A DNA stretch of 64,000 nt from Octopus vulgaris. Taxonomy: Eukaryota. The translations under genes were made by a program, and so were the position numbers. Location: assembly GCA_951406725.2 (NCBI GenBank), contig OX597833.1:39432001-39496000 (forward strand), in the 5' to 3' direction. This document shows positions 13,981 to 26,896 of the stretch, piece by piece (the stretch's first letter is position 1; the number at the start of each line of letters is the position of its first letter). The notes beneath the pieces are model-generated. The model made no database searches, had not been told where the DNA came from, and worked only from the letters and a program-made list of their open reading frames with translations.

Positions 13981-14018
13981 CTAAGTCAAGAACTTACTGC
14001 AGTAAGTTCTTGACTTAG
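13981..14018. repeat. Perfect 38-bp palindrome
   Basis: ctaagtcaagaacttactg|cagtaagttcttgacttag. Confidence 0.95.
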
Positions 14019-15333
14019 CATTTTGACTTATTACTCACTTCAAACAGTCCAGCAAGGTGCAACTGGACTACAACTCACATCTGCTTGGAACTGAGTGACA
14101 TCCACTTGTTCTAGCTAATCAAATGACCTTTGTTCTATATTGTTTTAGAACACAAGCCCATGCTGTGACAATACAACATTCATTTTTCACATTGAAGACA
14201 TGATTAAGGGTCATTCTTGCTGCTAGCATGTTATTTACAATACCTTTGCCATAGGCCTCTAGAACTTGCTATAGATATACATACATAAAATTCCAAAAGT
14301 GAAATATTTAGTTGGTGCCTTTATAAAAGAAAATTTGTGTTAGAGACATGGAATTCCCTGCTTTCTGACTAGTGAACAGAAATCATATAAACTGACCCAT
14401 TACAGACACAACCAGAGCCAGTCAAAGGAAGATAACTCTATCTCACCCAGAAGGGGTCGCTTACTGTTTGAAGAATTTCATTTTAGTTTTATTTTTCCAC
14501 AACTCTAGCTAACCAAGACTATATTCTTACCTCCATTAATAAAGACATTATGTGCTTCTAACCAGCATGTCTGATTAGTGGCCTATATTGCTAAGCACAT
14601 TATAGACACAAAACCAATGTTAACTTTTTGACTGGCTATAAGCAACAACTAAATTAAATATACATATATACATATATATATATATATTTTAAACAGTTGA
14701 TAGGGAAGATAGAATGTACTGTAAGCTTTATTTGGCATGAGGATCATTTCAGCTTACATCTGCCCTGCTCCCTAGTGGGTGGGGTACGATATAATGGAAT
14801 TGAATGCATCCCACAGTGCAAAAGAAACCTCATCAGGTTACATAATACGCTACAGCATTATAATATGTATATTTTAGTACTGAGTGTAGCATGATGGTGT
14901 TAACATGATCCATGCATTTGTAGTAGTTCACAAATCCATGTATCACATGTGCGTTTATAGTATTCCTATCTAAACTTTAATTCCAAACATAAGCTACATA
15001 CACACACATGCACACACATATGTATGTATGCAATAAACTGCAAATACAAGACTCCATAAAACAAATGATTTAGAAAGTACTTGACAGTTGTCTTCCTGAA
15101 TGCTTAAGATTAATCTATACCTAATATTTACTTCTATAATAGCCATGAATATATAAATATGCTTCAAAATAAATTATGATGTTCTCCCATGTATTAGTAA
15201 ACATCTGGCTTGGAGATTCACAAATATTTTTTAAGCTCATATATCTTTGTGAAAGTAAGTGTATCTGTATATTTCGCCTTCCTTCTCTCTCTTTTCCTCT
15301 ATTTGGTAGATATATGTATGGATGGATGTATCC

Positions 15334-17519
15334 TCATCATCATCATTATCATCGTCGTTTAACGTCTGCTTTCCATGCTGGCATGGGTTGGACGGTTTGA
15401 CTGAGGCTTGGTGAGCCAGAAGGCTGCACCAGGCTCCAATCTGATCTGGCAAAGTTTCTACAGCTGGATGCCTTTCCTAACGCTAACAACTCTGAGAGTG
15501 TAGTGGGTGCTTTTACATGCTACTGGCACGAGGGCCAATCAGGCGGTACTGGCAACGACCATGCTCAAAAGGTGTATTTTATATTCCAACTACACAGGAG
15601 CCAGTCCAGCGGCACTGGCAACAATCACGCTCGAATGTTGCTTTTTCATGTCACCGGCATGTGTGCCAGTAAGGCAATGCTGGCAACGATCATGCTCAAA
15701 TGGTACTTTTTACATACCACTGGTATGAGAGCCAGTCAGTGCTCTTAGCAATGATCAAGCTCAGATGGTGCTTTTATCGTGCCACTGGCACAAGTACCAA
15801 TCAGGTGTTACTGTCATCAGCCACATCAGCAATTTTGATTTTGATTACCTCAACAGGTCTTCGCAAACACAGTTTATTTCTAATGAATGAAGGGTACTTA
15901 TAAGTTGGCTGGTTATACACTACTGGCATAGGCCACGGGTTATGGTCTCACTTGGCTTGCCAGGTCTTCTCAAGCACAGCATATCTCCAAAGGTCTCGGT
16001 CTCTAGTCATTGCTTCGATGAGGCCCAATGGTCGAAGGTTGTGCTTCACCACCTCATCCCAGGTCTTTCTGGGTCTACCTCTTCCACAGGTCCCCTCAAC
16101 TGCTGGGATGTGACACTTTTACACACAGCTGTCCTCATCCATTCTCAACACATGACCATACCAGCACACTTGTTTCTCTTGCACACCACATCTGATGCTT
16201 CTTAAGTCCAACTTTTCTCTCAAGGCACTTACACTTTTCTCTCAGGGCACTTACAGCGTGTATGCACACTGACATTACACATCCAATTTTAGCATATTGA
16301 CTTTATTCCTTGCAAGCTTATGCATGTCCTTGCAAGCTTATACATGTCCTTGCAAGCTTACGCATGTCCTCAGCAGACACTTTCAGAGCATCCACCCCCC
16401 CACTACTGACTTGGTCACCAAGGTAATGGAAGCTATCAATTACTTGCAGTCTTTCTCCCTGGAATGTGACAGAAGCTGTTCTCTGCACATTTTCAGTATT
16501 TATTGCACCTGACACAAAAACTATCTTTCCAGTTAGCCTCCCTTTGATATTGCTGCACCTCTTATGTGTCCATAGCTTACACTGGGTACATCTTATGGAG
16601 TTTCTAGCAATGCCTTTTCTACAGATCAAGCAGGGCCATCCACCTGAAGAGTTTGTGGTTTGTCTGCCTTCCTACTTATTAAGACTTTGGTTTTGGCTAG
16701 GTTGACTCTAAGGCCCTTCGATTCTAATCCTTGCTTCACACCTGAAACTTTTCCTCTAGTTCTGATAGTGACTCAGCAATTAGAAGAAGGTCATCAGTAT
16801 AGAGGAGCTCACAGGGGCATCCTGTTTTGAATTCCTCTGCTGTTGCCTAGAGGACTATGATGAATAAGAGGGGACTGAGGACTGATCCTTGATGTACCCC
16901 TACTCCTACACGGAATTCTTCACCGTACTTGTTGCCAACCTTCACCTTACTGACAGCATTCCTGTACATGGCTTGCACAGTTCTCACTAAGCATTTATCT
17001 ATCCCTAGTTTCCTCATTGACCCTGTCTAAGGCTTTCTCGTTGTCAGCGAAAGCCAGGTATAGAGGTTTATCTTTGGCTAAGTATTTCCCCTGCGGCTGT
17101 CTTACCAGAAATATAGCATCTAATCTGACTGTCTCCCTAATTAGTTGGGCTATGACCTTCTCCATGACCTTCATTACCTGATCCAACAACTTGATACCTC
17201 TATAATTATTTGTATCTAAAGTGTCACCTTTACCTTTGTATCAGTTGACTATGGTGCTGCTACACCAGTCATTGGGTATGACTCCTTCATGTATCACCTG
17301 GTTGACTATATGGGTGACTAGACCATAGCCAACACCGCCAGATATTTTGAGCATCTCTGCAGTGATTCCTGATGGGCTGGTGGCTTTCCTTGTCTTCATA
17401 CCCTTAATTGCTTTATCTACCAAGGTACTGTCAATTTGGATAGCTAGTCCCTCTGTTGGATCAGCATTCAGCAGACTGTCTTTCTTCCATTCATTCTCTT
17501 TATTTAGCAACTTTCCATA
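15334..17519 (-). mobile_element. 5'-truncated, decayed RTE-clade LINE (RT region, 3'UTR, (GAT)n tail)
   Basis: SPSGITAEMLK, IPNDWCSS, LYLAFADNEKALDRV, GVHQGSVLSPLLF, LLYTDDL motifs; Cys/His cluster CLIC..CTQC..HKRC; multiple deletions and frameshifts. Confidence 0.9.
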
Positions 17520-17522
17520 GTA

Positions 17523-17558
<36 letters not shown>

Positions 17559-18276
17559 TGTATGTATGTATTATGGATAAAGCTGCAAAGACCTCGCAAA
17601 AACTGTGATTTAGAGTTTTTTATGTTCCCGTTCGTTGGACACTTTTGGTTGAGAATGGAACAAACGAATAAGGTTATATGTATAAATATTAATAATTACA
17701 TTGATGGATACACATTTGAAATTGGTTTTGTTTCATTGGTCCTTTCAACTAATGTTCTTTTCAATAACTGGTTATATGAAATTAAAATTAAAATTACAAT
17801 TTAAAATCATATTTAAAATTGATGAAAACCTTACATCAAAAATAGCTTTAGTAGAAAGAAAGAACCTGTATATCCAGGGTAAATTGATTAATGGTAAAAT
17901 AAATTTAAATTTATGTCCGTTTATAATAAAAATATTCCCTTATAAAGAACTAATATCATAAAAACATATACATTCACTTATACGTACACATACCAAAAAA
18001 CCTATGTATACATATATACACTAAACATACAAATGTTGGTACATGCCTACATACATATACAAATAAATACAGGCAAAATATATATATATATGCTAATGTA
18101 TATATAAGTATCTATGCACATATATATGCGTAATGGGTCTCTGTACGTATTTCTAAATGTACAGGTTAGTTGTTACAAGCTAGAAAGAGAAAAAGAAGAA
18201 GAAAAAACAGAAAATAGTAACTGGTGGGAGAAAGGATAAAGAGAAAGAGAAAATAGAAAAAGAAAGAGAAAAACAG

Positions 18277-18312
<36 letters not shown>

Positions 18313-18472
18313 TATTGGGAAGTTAGCATTCCCAAACAGTATCTAACACATGTTTGATACTTCTTTAAGCTGGCAAATACGCAAATATCAAACAGACACA
18401 CATATCTACATAAATACATACATATACATACAATAGTAATACACATGGCGACACACACAAATAAACATATAC

Positions 18473-18517
<45 letters not shown>

Positions 18518-18519
<2 letters not shown>

Positions 18520-20815
18520 AGCTGAAGGTGACCCGCTCTACGCGCGGGTAAGAGTGTGGTTGTTACTTTCTGTTGCTTCCTTTCAGCACGTAAAAAGCGC
18601 CATCCGAATGTGGTGGATTGCAGCGCCGCCTTGACTGGCTTCTGTGCTGGTGGCACATAAAAAGCAGCAACCGATCATGGCCACAGCCAGCCCCCCTGGC
18701 ACCTGTGCAGGCGGCACGAAAAAAGCACCCACTACGCTCACAGAGTGGTTGGCATTAGGAAGGGCATCCACCTGTCAAAACACTGCCAGATCAGACTGGA
18801 GCCTGGTGCAGCCTCCTGGCTTCCCAGACCCCTGTCGAACTGTCCAACCCGTGCTAGCACGGAAAACGGACGTTAAACGATGATGATGATGATGATGATT
18901 CTCCCTCTTTGTTTCTCTCTCCTTTCTCTCTCACTTTCCCACTCTCTTACTCTTCCTTTCTCTTGGACTCTTCCTCGCTTTCTCTTACTCTCTATCTTTA
19001 TGTATCTCTCTCCCATTTATAAACAACAAAAGATCTTGAGTAAGTTGAGAAATAAAATATTTAGAAAGATCAATCATAAATATCAGGCAGTAACAACGGA
19101 AAGATCTGCTTCAAGACAGACAGCAAAACACTAACATTTAAAAGGGACAGACGAACTTGCGAGCTGAATAAAAATAATAAAATATTGGAAACCAAAGTTT
19201 GAAGGGATAGAATTTGAGGATAGTAGAGTCACCATGGCTGGCATTTCTTAACGACGGACAGCAACGTATTGACAGTTCAACGGCTGGCGTAAAATTTTGA
19301 ACTTGATGTAAAAGAAAATCCCTAAAAACCAAGTTTTGAATTGATTCTTTCTCACGACAGTAGACTCACGATGGCAAGCATTCAAAACTTCTTCATCATG
19401 GACGGCAACACATTGACGATTAAAAGGCTGGCGCAAATTTTTTAGCTTGATGTAACAGAGAATTGCTAAACACCCGCTCCTTTAAATTTTAATCCCCTTC
19501 CAGCCCCATTTAGACCCCTTTTCACATTTTGGTTAATATAACCCGATTTCATTTGGGTCTACTGGGGCCACATTTTATAAGATGAGGACTCAACCAAGTT
19601 TCCCAAGTTCTGGTCATAGACCATAGAACACTCAACCAAGTTTCCCGAGTTCTGGTCATTTGCAGAATAAATAGAGACGGCGGAGGTGGCAGACGTCGTT
19701 GCAATGTAAACATGATTTGTTATAAGAGAAAGATTGTCCAGATTGTGTTGGTGGTGGTGGCGATGATAATTATCTTTAAGAATGGAGATAAAGAGAAATT
19801 GAATGGGAGTTAGAGGTAGAAAGAGAAGGTGTAAATTTTGGAGTGAATCCGACGGGATGTAGTGGGCTTTAATCCCGGCAAAAAAAAAATAATATCTGTT
19901 GCGTTTCTGAAAGAGGTGAAGTAGGAATATTGAAACTTTTGCGGCTGTCATTGATAGACTTGTTGTAGAATAAATAGAGACGGCGAAAAAAGAGAGCTCG
20001 AGAAAGAAAAGGTGATATATGAAAGAGAGGACGGGAAAATGAAATATTTTGCAATGTAAACATGATTTGTTTTAAGAGAAAGATTGTCATGATTGTGTGT
20101 TGGTGGTGTTGGTGGTGGCGATGATAATTATCATTAGGAAAAAGAGTGAGTGAGTGAGGAAGACATACATATGTTGTGGCGATGATAATTGTAGACCCCT
20201 TTTCACATTTTGATGAAGAGAACCCGATTTCATTCGGGTGTACTGGGGCCACATATAGGTGTGTGTGTGTGTGTGTGTGCACACTGTAGAAATTAAATTA
20301 GAGATAAAACTACTAATAGGGAAATGAAACAGTAAAAAACCAAAAACCAAAACATAAAAATAAAAATATAATATTAGATATATGTATATATGTGTGTGTG
20401 TGTTGAGAGGTAGACAATAGAATGCGATGGCGATGGCGATGTAATATTTGTTTCTGTCTATGAACGCTGATAGATACATGAGTAAAATGTATGGGAAGCT
20501 AAGAGATAAGAGTGAGTGAAAATGTTCTTGGAAGAGAGTAAATAGCGAGAGAGTGATTTGAGGAAGACTTTACATTAAATAACTGGAGTGGACTTGTCAA
20601 ATGAAGAGGAGTGAGAGGGTACTGGAGGAAATAGGGTGAGTGAAGAAGACGGCCCCTAGCAACCACACCTTTTAAGATAGGGATTTCTAAGGTAGCCCAC
20701 GGGCATCGTCACCTCATTCTACATGTCCCTGTAAATTTTGGAGCGAATCGGACGGGATGTAGTGGCATTGAAAGCGATCCAAGTGGTAAAAACGCATTTC
20801 AGTTTTATATATAGA
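18518..20815 (-). mobile_element. Non-autonomous Helitron
   Basis: Minus strand starts a|TCtatatataaaa and ends with GC hairpin acccgc-gcgtaga-gcgggt, 9 nt, then CTTG|t; sits in (TA)n without TSD; internal repeats. Confidence 0.7.
18585..18899 (+). mobile_element. RTE 3'UTR copy nested in the Helitron
   Basis: ggcattaggaagggcatcca...ggacgttaaacgatgatgat. Confidence 0.85.
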
Positions 20816-20818
20816 TAG

Positions 20819-20885
<67 letters not shown>

Positions 20886-21149
20886 TGTATGTATGTATGT
20901 ATATATACCTACATACATATATTCACATCAAGATACATATATACACCATAACGTATATATTAAAAACAGTCTGGTGTATTGAATATTAAAATAAGAAAAT
21001 TGATATAATATAATTAAGTGTAATGTAATTTGAAAGATATAAATTTAAAATTTAAAATTCAAATACGAAAATGAATAAAAAAGAGATAAAATTTAACAAT
21101 CGAAGGCTTTCTTGAAAGTCAAATGTAAAATATGAAGGCGAAATATGTA

Positions 21150-23170
21150 CCAGCATTGTAATACTAAAAGATATCTATATTTTAGGTGTAAAAGCCAAAA
21201 AATTAACTATACGATACTTTTCCAGGAATATAAAAGTTCTTGTCTTTGGTTCAATGCATGTTTATCCTGGAACACGATAAAAAGTTTCTCAAACATGCAC
21301 AAATTGCATCGTTTTGGTTGTCTATATGCTCCATGTTTATATGGTGCTGCCTTCTCCAAAATTGCCTGTATGATATTGAAAGGATGAGTATCATTTTCCT
21401 TCAGTAACCAGGCATGTTTTGCAACACTTGTTGCTATCCTATTTTCTGGGTATCGAAAAGAATTTTGGTGGGAATAAAAACCTAGTCTTGAAGGAAATTT
21501 TCCAAAGTTCCTATGTATGTTCTGTATTCTTGTGAACCATCTATATGTTTTTAGCTCTATAAGCTATTCCTTTCTCAAGACATTTTCTTCCTAATGAACA
21601 GTAAGTCTGATCTTTGAAATTGCAATTCTTCTGGTTAAATTTGGCTCTGTGGTTGCTTCTATTGATTTTCATATTATGCTGATTAATTAAGGAGGCAAAG
21701 TTTTTGCAACAAGAATAACTAACCTTCAGCATTCTCCTATCAAAAATTCTATAGAACTTATGGCTAGTTTGAAAATGTTTAGAAAATTGTTTTAAGAATT
21801 CTCTACCTATATTTGTTTTTAGGGCAATTTTGAATGCCAGATTAAACCACACAACTTGTCTAGTTCTAGTTCTATGTGTTCTATTATTGTTAAAAGTAGT
21901 TTGATGCTACTGGATATTCTCCAAGAATCCACTGTTCCTTAATGCTTTATTTTAATATGGCATGGCATTCTGAAGATATGGAAGATATATGCCTTCCTAT
22001 ATTACTAACTAGATTCTTAAGAATTATGGATGGATGATTTGACTCTTTGTTAATATAAAACAGCTTTTCATTGGGTTTATGGTAGGGTTTAAATTTATCT
22101 AATTGAAAATCAAAATTAATATCTAAAAACACTCTACATTATTAAGAGTACTTTGTATCGTTATCGATAAGCCCATTCGTTGGAAGAAAGTAATCAGATA
22201 CTTTCTAAGTCTGTCTAACATATGGCCATTTAAATCATGGGTGACTATAAGTCTGTCATCCCTGTATAATCCTGCATCTATAAAAGGGAATTCCAGATGT
22301 AGGTTACACAAAATATAATCTCTTATAACAATACCTAACTCTGCTCCATCATATGTCCCCATCAGTACATTGAATAAAGAATCCTTGTCCCTTTTATCCC
22401 AGGTGGAATCATTGTAAAAAAAGGAAGGATTTCCTTGGATGCAGCATAATATCTAAACCCAAGTTATCAATGGTGGCATACTGTTTGGTAAAGTCTAATG
22501 CCCTGAGAAGCAAAGGCCTGGATATTGACAGGTAAAAATTGACAATATTGAACTGTGTAAATTTGCAGTGACATTTATGGCTAATTCCTTTGAACCAATT
22601 CTATAACCGACTTACTATTTCCCCAAATCCATAAATTTAATTCTCTATTTAATTTGTTTAAAATAGAATCTAAAATATTTTTGCTAATAATACTTATTTC
22701 AGTTTTAGCTGTGTTAATTAGTCTATATTCAGGGATTTTATTGAAATTAGCTTTGTGGCCCTTAAGGGTAATAAAGGGTTTGCGTGGGGAGAGATATTCT
22801 ATCCTATTACTAACTTTAAGATTGTTATCAATCCTTCTTGCTTCTATATTTTCTTTATATAAATTCGTCTTATCTTTTTTGTAGGTGTCTGTAATGCTAT
22901 TCAAAAGATGTTTGTAAAGATCTTTTCAACTACATATAGGTTTTTTGTTTTATTGGCGTTTACAAAAATCTTATCTAAGTTCTTTACATTTCTAATTTTT
23001 TCTATCATATCTCTAGAGTGTGTTGCTGAATTTATGGAATTTTATTCTTCTAATAAGCTCGAAAAGGTCTTTTTCAAAAGCTTCTAATTCCAAAATAGGT
23101 GGTGAGTTTTTAGAAGAGTTAAGGCCATATTTGTTTCTTTTATTCTTTGTTTCTGTATTCTGTTATTCTG
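21150..23170 (-). mobile_element. Degenerate Penelope-like retroelement (RT plus C-terminal GIY-YIG)
   Basis: PFITLKGHK, RLINTAKTEI, MGTYDGAE, GLYRDD, FLDINF, WFN..KTNIGREF, KVSYSC, CLEKGIAYRA..YIGT, CNLCMFEK, LNQRQEL; many frameshifts. Confidence 0.9.
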
Positions 23171-23212
23171 TTGTTTCATGTCAATACATATACATGTATG
23201 TATGCATGTATA

Positions 23213-23660
23213 TTCTTTTATACTTTTATTCTTGTATTTGTTTCAATCATTTGACTTCACCCATGCTGGAGCACTGCTTTAAAGAATTTTAGTCAAAGAA
23301 ATTAACCCCAGGATTCATTCTTCATATATCTAGTACTTATTCTATTAGTCTCTTTTGCTGAACTGTTAAGCTACATGGATATAAACATAGCAACATTGGT
23401 TGTCAAGTGATGGTGGGAGACAAACATGCGAAGACACACTCACCCCCACACACATGCACAAACACACCAACACACAAACACACACATGCATACATATATA
23501 TACAGCAGGCTTCTTTCAGTTTCCGTCTACCATATCCACTCACAAGGCTTTGGTCGGCTCAAGGCTATGGTAGAAGACATTTGCCCAAGATGCCATGCAG
23601 TGAAACTTGACCTGGAACCATGTGATTGGGAAGCAAGCTTCTTACCACACATCCATGCCT
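23213..23660 (-). mobile_element. Type A SINE
   Basis: Head, central (CA)n and tail all present. Confidence 0.85.
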
Positions 23661-24200
23661 AGATGGACGGAAGGATGGATTGATGGATGGATGGATGGCT
23701 GGAGCAAAAAAATATGAGAGATTGCTTATGCACATTTCATTAGCATAAGGCAAATACTGGTCACACATAATACATAATCAACTTATGTCAAATTGTCAGA
23801 CTTGTAACTGTCATGCATAATATGAATGCACACACACACACACACACACATGCGTGCGCACATGCTTGGTTTTTTGCTCTGTTTAGGAGAGGAGAAAGAT
23901 ATTTTTGATTTTTGGAAAAAGGGGGTAAGCCTGAAAGAAAAGCAAAGAGGGGGAAAATAGAGAGTGAGGTTTCAGGACAATCGAGAAAGAGGAAGAAACG
24001 TAAAGTAAAGGGTGAGGAAAAGATAGATAGATATATATATATATATAGAGAGAGAGAGAGGAAAAAGAGAGAGAAAGGTTATTTTTTACTTTGATGTGAT
24101 CAACTCATTGAAATTTCATTACAAAGCATTTTTCTTCTTTTTCTCTCTTCCTCCTCTTTTCCTCCTCTTTTCCTTCTCATTGTATACCTATCAACGTATT

Positions 24201-24229
<29 letters not shown>

Positions 24230-24233
<4 letters not shown>

Positions 24234-24414
24234 ATAAATGACAGAGAAATAGTTTGATAAAGTTTTATTTAACAATAAGAAAATTCTACTATCACAACAA
24301 ATTGTTTTGTAACTTAAAACATGTAATTTATTTTATTATATTTGATAATAAATAAATTACTTACTTGCCTGTAATAATGCAAAATTAAAAAATTCCTTTC
24401 CGTCATTTATGACT
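24230..24414. repeat. 185-bp AT-rich element bounded by inverted repeats (MITE-like)
   Basis: agtcataaatgac at the left end and gtcatttatgact at the right end. Confidence 0.5.
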
Positions 24415-24575
24415 TCATGCACTCCTTATGGTTTTCTCTTGTATCGTACTATATATTCTATATGTTTTGTAGAATGATACATTAAGGAGCTTTTCTTATG
24501 AATACAACTGGATTACTTGAATCTATACATTGTATATATACACATACTTGTATGTATGAATATTTGTATGTAATG

Positions 24576-24890
24576 AAGACACATGGCTCAGATTAGAGTA
24601 TTGGGTTCACAGCCACGAGGTAATGATTCCGATTACTGGGCTGTGTGTTGTGTTCTTGAGCAAGTTACTTTATATCATATTGTTCCAGTTTGTAGAAATG
24701 AGTTCTGACATCACTGGTGCCAAGCCTTTGCTTTTCCTTTGGATAACATCAGTAGCATGGAGAGGGGAGGCTGGTATGCATGGATGACTGCTGGTCTTCC
24801 ATAAACAACTTTCCCTGAACTTGTGCCTTGGAGGAGAATTTTCAAGGTGCAAACCCTTAGTCATTCATGACCGAAGGGGGTCTTTACCCC
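24576..24890 (+). mobile_element. Type D SINE
   Basis: tggctcagattagag head, tgtgttcttgagcaag core, gaccgaagggggtctttaccc tail. Confidence 0.8.
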
Positions 24891-24899
24891 ATGTATGTA

Positions 24900-25205
24900 T
24901 GGCTGAGTAGCTAAGAAGCTCACTTTCCACTGCATAACACCTTCAGCAAATGTCTTCAACTGTAACCCTAGGCTGACCAATACCTAGTCATAAATTTGGT
25001 TGATGGAAACTGTGTGGAAGCCTGTTATGTGTGTTTGTGTGTCTTTGTGTCTGTGTTAGCCCCCTATCACTGCTTGACAACCAGTGTTGGTTTGTTTACA
25101 TCCCTACAAGATCGCTAGAATAAGTACCAGGTTAAAAAACAAAATAAGTAATTCGACTAAAAGTTCTTCAAGGTGGTGCCCCAGCATGGCCACACTCTAA
25201 TGTCT
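24900..25205 (+). mobile_element. Type A SINE, diverged
   Basis: aaatttggttgatggaaactg...gcttgacaaccagtgttgg...ccagcatggcc. Confidence 0.7.
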
Positions 25206-25354
25206 TATGCAGATAACAAAAAGAGCAAAAACAAAATGAAAACATGTAGAGCTATATAGACAATGGTTCAAGAGAAGATGAAAATATCATGGTTAGGAAG
25301 CTTGACCAAGACTGACATGGGAGTAAAAAAGCAATAAAAACAACAACAAATGTG

Positions 25355-25377
25355 AACATGCACACACACACATACAT

Positions 25378-25434
<57 letters not shown>

Positions 25435-26035
25435 TACACACATGCGCATATTTTGTTACACTATATTGATGTTAATGCTTAACACACACGCACATATATG
25501 TAAACACATGCATGCACACAGATATGAAGTACAAACACAAACGTACACACATGCACACACACATACACATACACATACACATACACATTCCTACAGCAAT
25601 TCCAACACCCACTCCTATTTATATGCACACATATATACATACATTCATATATATAGAGAGAGAGACAGATATACATATATGCACTCACACACACACGTAT
25701 ATATATATATATGTGTGTACACACAAATACACATACAAACACACTTACTTATATTTGCATGCATACACACACATGCACTCACATAAATACACTAACCTCA
25801 TATCCAAGTATATATACGCATATAAATACATAGATAACATGCTAGCAAACAACCGCAATGACTTCACATACACACACACACACACACACACACATACACA
25901 CACATACACACACACTAACACACACTAACACACACACACTAACACTAACACACACACACTAACACACACACACTAACACTAACACACACACACATCTATA
26001 CACAAAAACACACACATACACTAATACCCTCACAC
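25355..26035. repeat. (CA)n-rich microsatellite region
   Basis: Directly visible. Confidence 0.9.
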
Positions 26036-26089
26036 CTCCTTCTCTGTATCTCACCCTCCATTTCTCTATTAATACTTGGAGTCAAAATA

Positions 26090-26545
26090 GATATTATTAT
26101 TTTTAAACACAGCACCTTAGGATATTGAAAATTGATCTTGGGGAGATATTGTTAAATGATTTCCCCCTTAGGATATTGAAAATTCATCTAGAAACATTAT
26201 TTTAGTAGTTCTTTTAATATTAAAAATTCATAATGGAAATATTGTTATGCAGTCTCTGAGGATGTTGATAATTCATCTTGAAGACATTGTAACTTAGACC
26301 CCTTAGGATGTTGATAATTCATTTGAGAAGCATGATAATATGGTTGTTTAAGTTATTGAAGATGTATCTTGTGAAAGATTACAATATTGACACTTTGAAT
26401 ATTAAAAATGTATCATGGAAATATCTTTAGATATCCCATTAGGGTAATGAAATTTCCATCTCTTAAATATTATTATTTTGTGGCCCCTTAAGATATTAAA
26501 AATTTTTTTCTTAAAAATAATTATCAATTGGCAGTTCTTGATATT
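26090..26545. repeat. Diverged tandem array, about 10 units of ~46 bp
   Basis: Core ttaggatattgaaaattcatc recurs at ~26117, 26168, 26213, 26257, 26303, 26348, 26395, 26439, 26488, 26535. Confidence 0.8.
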
Positions 26546-26744
26546 GATTTATTTTGACTGGAAGAAAGATTAGGAGTGGGCAGAGGTGGTAAGATTTGGT
26601 GAGTAGTAAGTTGGAAGTACCTCTACTTGTAACTGGAGCTAGTATGGTTCAAGAGAGTAGGATGTGACATCAGAATGAGATTTGGCTGCTATTTCTTGCA
26701 GATTGCGAGACAACATACATTAACACAAAAACATCAATGAAAAC

Positions 26745-26796
<52 letters not shown>

Positions 26797-26827
26797 CTGT
26801 CTATCTATCTATATATTTATCTATCTA

Positions 26828-26860
<33 letters not shown>

Positions 26861-26865
26861 TTGTT

Positions 26866-26896
<31 letters not shown>

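Noticed and set aside
26090-26545. CRISPR array
   Set aside because: Repeats are degenerate, linkers are related to each other, there are no cas genes and the context is eukaryotic
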